From Trypanosoma brucei (taxonomy: Eukaryota): a DNA stretch of 64,000 nucleotides. How positions within the stretch are numbered: position 1 is the first letter of the stretch; every line of letters begins with the position of its first letter. The notes under the pieces are model-generated. The model saw only the letters and a program-made list of their open reading frames with translations, searched no databases and was not told where the DNA came from. A program made the position numbers and the translations under genes. Location of the stretch: the NCBI GenBank assembly GCA_000002445.1, contig CP000068.1:992001-1056000 (forward strand), given 5' to 3'. This document shows, piece after piece, positions 53,101-61,300 of the stretch.

Positions 53101-53954
53101 CACAGGGCGGCTTGTTTCTTCGTCAACGAGAATGCACCGATAGATGCTATCATGCGCCTTTTATCTACGTCACGAAGAGTAACGCACAGGCTAGAGACCA
53201 TTCCATCCTTTAATGGCATTGCATGATCCATTACGGGATTCGAAAAAGTATTGTTCGAGAAATACATGCTCCCTATCCCCTTCGCCATTCGTGTCATACG
53301 CAGGAAGGGAGTGAACCCCGAAAGGGTGACATAGTTGACTTCGACAACATCATGCAGGGACCCCATCACCGCCACAGAGGCCCGCGCCCATGGGGCGATT
53401 GCAAGTGCTATAGAGATAGCGTACACACAAGTCATGATAACAATCAGGGGGAACAGCACCCAGCAGCGCAGCGACACTCCCCTTGTGGGATTCGTGGTGG
53501 TTTGGTTCGAAACACGAGGCACTTCCTCCTCCATTGATCCTACCACTGATGCAGAACGGGAGTTGGCAGGATGTGTGACAACCTGCAACCCACGTCCAGT
53601 GTTGCAGTGAGTGTTGGGAGAATGATGGTCATATTTCATTGCATAGCCACTTCCAGGGCGTGGTGACCAGGGACCGATACCACCAAAACCAGGTAAGTGA
53701 ACCCCTCCCCCATGATGCCCCACAGCGGCCCCAACCAGCCCCGAGGACGGTAGCGGCTTCGCGTCGCTGCTAAACGGATGTTCGGTGCTCCTCGCGGTAT
53801 TACGGACAATCTCCGGTGCCGTTTCTCTACCATTACACTCCCTTGATGAGCATGGCGCTGCATTTCCTACGTTAAACCCGTCCCGCTTCGAGTGGTTGTT
53901 TTCCTTCTCGGTACTGAAGGAGTGACTATCCCCGAGGGAAGAAACATTGCGCAT
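50193..53954 (-). CDS. receptor-like membrane protein: two TM helices flanking a ~350-aa ectodomain, then a divergent class-III nucleotidyl-cyclase homology domain and a C-terminal pseudokinase domain (1253 aa)
   Basis: TM1 at aa ~162-188 (LRCWVLFPLIVIMTCVYAISIALAIA). Ectodomain with several N-x-S/T sites. TM2 at aa ~535-560 (GIAGLSSFVMYLIVIAACYYFVELCL). Cyclase-like motifs: RPDYCIVSFG (compare IGDAYMVVSG), YRVIVESGAFPSGIVSGG (compare RIGIHSGPVVAGVVG), RYVLLCRNIYRRVGDALQSVG (compare RYCLFGDTVNTASRMESTG), VTEETALLV (compare VSEETYRLL). Kinase-like motifs: LHERGLVQGCLCPETVV in place of HRDLKPEN, no DFG (HCRLTG), YCVSPEEA (APE-like), DMYALGLLVIEML (DxWSxG-like). The kinase is therefore probably catalytically dead. 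Confidence 0.8.
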   Translation of the reverse strand: MRNVSSLGDSHSFSTEKENNHSKRDGFNVGNAAPCSSRECNGRETAPEIVRNTARSTEHPFSSDAKPLPSSGLVGAAVGHHGGGVHLPGFGGIGPWSPRPGSGYAMKYDHHSPNTHCNTGRGLQVVTHPANSRSASVVGSMEEEVPRVSNQTTTNPTRGVSLRCWVLFPLIVIMTCVYAISIALAIAPWARASVAVMGSLHDVVEVNYVTLSGFTPFLRMTRMAKGIGSMYFSNNTFSNPVMDHAMPLKDGMVSSLCVTLRDVDKRRMIASIGAFSLTKKQAALCIASKSNPGQYYGHVSEGGIMKDFYYMDPVTMEYQQPLKRYESTTSGLTITEYTERFHFDSVVRIWNESVREGREMKPSEYWVRPRFPPTYAAYVYPFFEREDDGTVGVGYIYVGMHTGKISVRWHKASDSGVRVMLVDPNNESGQFYVFANNWGQPLANVSDEWKSAFMGEPIRFLSPDDVSDPLMSKAIRYLDLQEAARGKNQRSWFMYGGLAAVASAHHIVTDSGVEMVVVVVTNPSYYLGPIATYGGIAGLSSFVMYLIVIAACYYFVELCLHRPLRSTEEKLRAGLVKSSDEEKQKVIALREVCELHGVCSVLRRRLNAVRTYMPDRAFDLSGAAASVSRSKDACASDPEAASSPRRYGEELKPVACSVAYVYYTPGRTRNPSDAVVELMMQIVVSAAAACGGCFEVQRPDYCIVSFGVQSMDREFAAEATRAVEFARQVATKLMARSEVSGAYRVIVESGAFPSGIVSGGGRSRYVLLCRNIYRRVGDALQSVGVAAAVTEETALLVRGHFRLLPFRSVFLEGEDGVCVTLYEVLSGDAGQPTWNEFEGHYNEAYDMMVRGNYVSALRLLDKAISVGSVTLSGESPSFMSLQPQRLRDECAARVGRRDRTPFVNQLLIVPDSLNSSATSLISSPPLLSGTGKTSGGSSSPCDGGSPRTPSVFVGENAASTLNGEIPRFLEDCHGNSWQRSIDPIHEGANSVGVAYMGMSATGVLALLKLYPLTELGERLTREELDVALDKVLQVGESVSLVQCLSYCHVPPHGVLLVWEYVPGGTLRDLKVRYGRKLPAATVKRHVTSLLRGLACLHERGLVQGCLCPETVVTCVGGHCRLTGVLLDAAPLLKHQMTYCVSPEEARGKPQSWMTDMYALGLLVIEMLNDDFPWRWTANAQISRSRNELLAVLSDHEALMESLREGLLEPVPPPEDADPTIQLVVSSCLRIDPAQRRDAVFLLQRVGGVVAVDA
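50220..51002 (-). other. protein-kinase-like (pseudokinase) domain within CDS 50193..53954 (aa ~985-1245)
   Basis: Subdomain VIb, VIII and IX analogues are present, but the catalytic Asp and the DFG motif are absent. Confidence 0.55.
51540..52007 (-). other. divergent class-III adenylyl/guanylyl-cyclase homology domain within CDS 50193..53954 (aa ~650-805)
   Basis: Motif-by-motif correspondence to the cyclase catalytic core as listed for the parent CDS. The first metal-binding Asp position appears substituted (AYVYYTPG where FxDIxGFT is expected). Confidence 0.5.
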
Positions 53955-55311
53955 TGTCAGTGCTACCTCGGCCTACAAACTAAAAGAGTGTCCGCACGTT
54001 TATTTCTTCACTACACTCGACCAACCACTATATCACTTAAATTACGAAAAAAAAAAGAAAGAAAACGTGTTGAGTAAGTGGCAGGAACGTGCTTATCCCC
54101 TCGTGCTGGTAAGGAAGTTACTCACTTTGTGCTGCTGTTCGTTACTTTATTCACCTCGTTTTTTCATATGCTTTTAGTACACCTCTGATGATACTTGTGT
54201 TTGCTTGCCTCCACAGACTCGTTGTGCATATATAATAAGTTCCGTGCCCAAGGTGATGAAGATTGCATTCTCTGGGGTATTATTCACGTTGATACGGTCA
54301 TCAATAAATTTTATTTGTTGGTACAGATGACGCTTCGCTGTTAAGCATACCGGTGTTGGTTAGGCAGACACCAACTTTGGGATGAGGTTCAGCACGGCAT
54401 GCTGTGGTTGAAAAAATACCCACTCATCCCCGTTATTTAGTTGTGTTAACTTTCCAGCCCGCGATAACACACTCCCGCAAAAAAACTTGCGGGGTAGAGA
54501 GGCACTATAGATGCTTTAAAAACATATGGTGAAGAGAACGATTATGCAAGATAAAATTAGCAGCGGTATAGCCCGATGGTACGGCATACTGCTTACAATG
54601 TTCCTGTTCTTGCACGATTATGCGAAGATACGTACAAGAGTAAGCAGTTAACTGAGTGACGTACAATGGGTTTATTCGACAGCAACTTGAGACAGATGTT
54701 TTCGACCTTCGGTCGCTCGCTCCCGCAAGTGGTGTACCTTTTGTGGACAGAGTAGTCAGCGTCGTACCTACCCCACTTTCAAAGGGAGAAAATAGTAGTG
54801 GAAACGAAACGATAAACAAACATGGTTTTGTAAATTTTGCACAAAAAGTAAACCCGATCATCGAAAACGTTTTAAAGTTAAGGATTTAGCTTACAATAAG
54901 AAAGCGGCGAAAGCATCTCTAACCCGCCTCCCGCGCGAAGTGGAGAGGGTTGTCACTGGGTGGGTTTTCAAAACTTACCTCCCTCATCATTGCGTGTGTG
55001 ATGATATAAAAGAGAAAACATAAAGATTATAAAACTGTGGTAAGATATCACCGTTTCTTTCAGAAGCTCACACATTGTCAGTGGCATTGAACAAAAACAA
55101 AAGGGTTAAAGCGAAACTTTAAAAAAAAAAGAGGTAAACGCGATAGTACATGAGTTAGTGTGAGGAAAGAATGTCTGACCTCCGAAAGACTAAGGAGCAC
55201 ATAAACTCTCACTTTATACAGTTCGCGGGCTTCACAGTTTTATCGCCACCCTATCGTTCAATGCCCCAAAACAGTCTTCACACAGAAAGATATCCCTTCA
55301 ACAGCATTTGT

Positions 55312-58300
55312 TTATTGCGGACGAATTTTCATCATCACTGCAAAAGTGGACGGCGATAGACTAGAATGAGCTTTTCCATTACGTGCGTCGCTATCAGAGG
55401 CGATGAGGCTTCTTTTCACAAATAATTTATGCTCTTCAAGCAGGTGCAGGGCCAGACGCCAGAACCCCAGGGGTATGTTGTTACTGCGCTCTGTATTCAC
55501 TACATGCTGCCTTTGCCATAGTTGATGTGCCGTGTACACTGTCCTAACCAGGCGTTCAAGAAGAAAACCGTCAACAACCACATGCTGTGAGAGGAGCTTC
55601 TCGGTGTCTATATCATCCGCGTTAACCGATGTGTCGAACCCACTTTCTCTCTTAGGAGGGTTGGTAAGGGCTTGCAAGGTTCGCCTCAGTGGTTGCTGGC
55701 CAGGCGCACCGACTCGTGCGACATATTTGCAAGCCGAGCTCCACTGCCCACACCGGCAAAGAATTTCCAACAGTGTCACGAATGGAACAGAGAGGTCGGC
55801 TTTCGGACGTGCGTTAAGAAAGAAAACACCAAAAAGTTGTAATGACTTTTCCCAGAGAAGCAGATCGTTGTCGCAACTGCGTGTGGAAGTTGGCTCGCCG
55901 TTTACTTCACCCAACCGTTCTTCCCACGACAGTCCTCTGCCCTGACCCCAATCCCCTTTATCTTCAAATTCGTTGCAATCTTCGGCACCTTCCCCGGAAC
56001 TGCATGGCAGCAACACCTCACCAAGCGTCAAACTCTCTTTCGGGGCAAAGCATAGACGAACAATATCAAAAGCCTTAGAAACATAATGAACTACAACCGC
56101 AGCTGTCACCCCCTCGACCTCCACGTCGGGACAAGCGCTTTTGTAAAAAAGATCCCACAAAACTGACTGCTCCGCGACGGTTAAAGCGAGCAAATAGCGC
56201 AGCGGTGGAGTAATAAGTTTATCATCCCGTGCGATTTGGCTCAGAACTTCAAGTGTTTGGGAGAGCCTCGTGGAACCACACCCCGCGACCGCTGCAGCAA
56301 ACACGCGGCACAACAACGACGATGAAATTGGAAGAGAACTGTGAAGCATCATCTGTTGCTTAATGACATGCGCCGCTGCAAGAGCAGTGTTGCGAAGTTC
56401 ACAAAGGGATTCTTGCGTGGGAATGACGGTTTGCACCAATTCGGGAATCTGGATACGGTCCCCGCCAATATTTTCACCCGAAGAGCGCATGCTCATTTGG
56501 AAAATGGACTGTGCATCTTCGCTGAAGGCATGACCTCCAAATGTCCGTGATAAGGCAATGGGTAGTAGTACCCTAACGTCACCTAAAAATTGCTGAGTAA
56601 CGGCAACAGCATGGGATTCATTACCCATAGTTTTTGGTGTCATAGACGCCTTTTCCGGCAACGTACATAGAATCAGCACTATTGACTCCACGAGACTAGG
56701 TTTGAAGCAATGAATGCGACTGAACTGGGTGGACCATTCCAGGAACGATGCGAACATCTGAATACCCTCCTGTGTCTCATCAGCTGAAGCACACCCTCCC
56801 TCTTGTGTAGCAAACCGTAGTTTCCATGCCGCATCCGTGATAAGGACAAGTAGTTCCTCGGAGGGAATAAAATAAGGCATTTCTCCCACCTCATATGCGT
56901 TCGTTTCTGAGCGTGGTAAGGAAGATATCTTCTGCCCGGTATTACGTCCGGTTCGTGCATAGGGGATTAACGTCATTGCTTTCGCATATTGTAGTATAAG
57001 TAAAGGAGGCACAGCAGCTCGTGAGAGTACATGTAGTAACCTCTCGACGTCTCGTACATCCGGTGTACTACCATCTTGAAGTTGAGAAAAGTACAAGAAC
57101 ATTACCGCATCAGCCATCTCAATAGGTTTCAAGCCTTTTCCGCGTTCTTCCAAAAGGAGGAATAATTTCCGATAATGGCTCCGTTGCAGCCGAACACCTG
57201 CAGCCCGCCTCTTTTCAACCAAAAAGACAAGTTTGGCACAATCAACTGACAATTTTTTTTCAACGGTTGAAAGGTATTCCAATTCTTGAAGTTCCATATC
57301 ATCCGCTAGCAGTTCTGCTTGCCGCTGTGCTACAAGCGGAGGACCACCCAGAAGTGACTCACAGATCACAAGGAATCGTAAGCCATGCCTCTGGTCCATA
57401 TTATTAATACACGCCACCTTCAAAAGTGACATCGCCTCCTCCGACAATCGAATGCCATGAGGACGCACCAGGGAATCGCACAGTGCTTTCATTGCATTCA
57501 ATCCCCTGTCACCCGTAAGACTTGCACAATGAAAGAGTGCATCAACAACATCCTGCCTCAGCATACCCTGCTGAGAAAGGTTACACCCCTTGCCAGTACT
57601 GAAGAAACAACGACGGAGCTCATTGTTGCTTGCTACCAAAGACAAGGCGTCACACCATAACCCTTTGAGCGCCTCCTGGCATCCGGTCACTGCGGGAACG
57701 GGACACTTTTGGAGCTTGTTGAGTATCACAAACGCGTCACGGATGCTAACCATCACGGCGTTAAGTACACTGGCGTGCCGTTGGTGTGGGGGCAATGCAT
57801 TTAGAACACACAAAAGCAGCAACCGCCACCGCTCAAGCGACGAAACAATATTGGCGGCTGAAATATTACCACGAGTGGTTGATGCGGTTCCTATGGGCGT
57901 TAGTGCGAGACAGCCAATCATGTGGCACCCCAGCTCCGTGTTACCCCAAAACGCTCCGATCCCCGATGTAGAAGAAACAGATTCTTTCTCCTGCAATCGT
58001 TCCAAAACATCCTCAACAAAATGATTAAGCATTTCAAGCTCGTTAAGCGTATTCTGCAAAAGCATTGGTAGATGCTTCTCGGAGGTCTCAGTGTTGACGA
58101 AGTTGATAGCCTGACGCTTCATGGAATGCAACCCAGAAAATAACAGTGATAAGGCTTCCGTGCAGATTGAGTCGGCAGTGCTCACGGAATCGCCCAACGG
58201 AACTGCTTCAGGTGAAAACAAAAACACATCGCGCGCTGCAGTAACAACAACTCCAAGGGACCCGCTAGCCACCATTAGGTTAACTAGCTGCGTTGCTTGC

Positions 58301-61300
58301 GCTGCCGTAACGCACGGCCGTCCGATATAGGATCTTGCAGAGACGTACGCTGCGAGGGCCGATAGCCAATCACTGCTTCCGCCGCCAGGTCTGGCGCGAA
58401 ATATCTCCCGATTGCGCCAAAAAAGTATCGTATTGCGCTGGTTTGTATCTGAAGGAGTTCTAGCAAGCAACTTATACTGTTCGTTGTTCGTGTACAGTGC
58501 CTCGTTATACGCAGCTGTGGAGCACAAGAAATCTAACCATTCATTCTTTTCTTCAGTGGGTGGACACAGCTTTACTTTTTGGTATTCACGCTGGAGCGCC
58601 CCGCAAAGCCGAGAAGTGGTGGTTGGGAACACGCCGGAAAGGATTTCCACTAGCAGCCGAGTCGCGGTGCGGTTCACGCAAAGCATACGCAATGCTGAGG
58701 AGGTAACACCCTCACTGTCATTCTCTATCTGATTGCCCTCTGCAGCTTCACAAGTGGAAAGTATTTCTTGCACAGTAGCTTCCAAAACACTCAGTGGTCC
58801 CTCCACAGTTTTCGGCACATCTCGTTGCACCCACCGAAGTGTCAACGCGAGTGGCTCAAAACAAACGGAATCATTTGTTTGTGCCCTCAGCCATGCCACG
58901 GCTATAAAAACCCCTGTCCACTGCGAGCGCTCGGAAAGTCCGCTAGGACAATTAGATGCGACTTCGAACGCGGTTACCGCTAATGTTAACGAATCCGCGG
59001 GGAGATTGCGAAAAATAACAACCCGTTCGTAGCACTGAATGTATGTTGTCGGTGCCGCGTACATGCATTCACTTCCGTCCTGCCCACCATGAAGCAACTC
59101 GTCATAGAAGTGTACGACGGCACTGTGATGGAACCGCCGTATCAAACTGACGCAGGCGTCGTGAGTCGCCCGAGATTGAAGTAACTGAGGCGCCTGTCTT
59201 GCAACAACAGCTGCGTCACCAGTTTGACCATTGCGCAGCAAGTCATGCAGGTGCCGTTCTTTCCTCGATAAGGTCCCGGAGGATTGCTCCCGTAGCATAT
59301 CATCCACAGTTTTACCAATAAGTGTGCCATTCAGAAGTGAGAGGATCACCCACGGCCCGTTGCTATCGGCAGAGATGGGGAAAACAACTGATGCTGCGTG
59401 TTCCAGCATCGCCAAAGTATCGCGTCCTCTAATTCGAGGGTTATCTGTTGTCTGCTGTGCTGCTTCCACAAACCTCAGCAAAGGTTCATATGCCTGTCGC
59501 TTGTACATCCGCTGCATTGTCGCGGTCACAAAGGCTGCCTTTGCTTCGCGCAAAATGATATAGGATTTGTCACCATTGTCTCTCTTTGGATCCGTCTTCT
59601 TCGTTACATCACTTGAGTTCGGCCGATGAAAGCTCAAAGATTGCAGGACAGCGAGGCCGTCTATCCATCCCAAATATGGGTGTTTCTGCAGTTTCTTCGT
59701 GAGGTCCGCAAGCATTTGGGCGCAGTTTAGGTGACGGACAGAACTGTTACACCCTCTACTAATGAGTTGTACGAAGGGTGGTTTAGCAGCAAGGAAGCGA
59801 AGAAATTCCACTAAGACTGCGATTGGGATGGAAGTCATGCTGCAAGCTCCAAGTACGTAGCGTAGCGTTTCCGATAGTGCCTCATCAACTGTACGAAAGT
59901 ATTGCAGAGTTGAGCCAGCAGAGACTGCGGGGAGGCGCTGCACTAGGTTAAGGGCGGGCACCCACTGATCTAATGGTTGCGCAATGTGGATGGTGCGAAG
60001 CGCAAGTTCGGTCGCGCGGCGGCAGTGCTCATTTCCACTTACAACACACCACATATTCTTTTCTGCAGTCCTGGTGATGGAAACAAGGGCTTCTTTCCAT
60101 AGGTGACGAATAGCGTTAACGCCCCTACTACGAAGCAAAAAAAGCTGCGTCATGATAACTATAAAAAAACGACACCGCAACCCCTCGACACCACACTCGT
60201 CGCTGTTGTCAGGCATGAAACGTAACGACCGGCGCCATGGCAGAAGCCTTATCTCTTCAGAACTAGCATGCATGGGAGAAGCGTACGCTTCCTTTTCCAA
60301 TGACTTCAGCAACCCTTCAGTGAGGCACACATGCGTACTTTGGTTTGGGGTTTTTCTGAAGATGAGGAGAGCGTCTAGCATTCGGCCAAGGCGAAGAAAT
60401 GGTGGGTCGTAGTGCGGTCTGTTATTCCTATAAAGGAGAAATAGCCTGCAACCACGATGAACAGATTTTAAAGAGTGATACTCTAAAAGAGACAAAGCAT
60501 CCTCGAGTGGCGCTCGTTCGACCCGGTCCGATTCCACAACGCACCGCCAAAGCAGGTGCTCCAACTCCACCTCTTCGATCTCTGACATACCAGAGATAGT
60601 GCGGCTCTTTGCAGAGAGCAATGCATATAACTCAGCCATCATCGCTACTGCCTCTGGGGTGTTTAGTGGAACGTACTGGAATCTACGCAAAATTAAGTCG
60701 AGGGTTGAACGACACAGCGCAGCACAGCTCTTAGAGACACGATATTTTTGCGCCTCGATCAACAAAACTAGCACCTTTTCCAGCATCATCGTTGTGACCA
60801 CCATGTAGGGGGCAACTGTAGCAAAAACCTGCAGGGCCGCACATATGGCACCGACGTCGCCGTTACCTGAGACGGCCGCATCAAGGATTTTGAATGTGAC
60901 ATCATGCGAAGGTACAACGGCGGCGCTCCACAGTGCTTTTTGCACAACAGTATATGTATCGGGGAATGCGGATAGTAGCGCAGAAAACTCTGCACCCTTC
61001 ATTTCCTCACCATCCAGAAGCAATATTTCTGGAGCGCCAGCGATCACATCACCACCGTTATGGCTTGCAAGTATTTCGTGCAGTTTATAGTGCAACCGAA
61101 CTTCTTGTCGCTGCCTTCTAGTGTCTTGCCTTTTCCACTTACCATTCAAAAAATCCAGCAACATTTCAACTGTTACAGCCTCATCCTGGGAAACTGCTGT
61201 CCGTCTTGGCCGCGACGCCAGAATAACCCTGCGAACGCCAGAACCAAATATCTTCTCCAACTCGCTCTCCACCTCACCTGTCACAATATCCACTTCCCTC

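Noticed and set aside
54180-54310. Two C-box-like (R)TGATGA motifs ~70 nt apart on the plus strand, and a TGATGA on the minus strand near 54300, suggesting a C/D snoRNA
   Set aside because: I found no properly spaced D box (CTGA) or terminal stem on either strand. TGATGA hexamers occur by chance about once per 4 kb per strand. Not supported without a covariance-model search.
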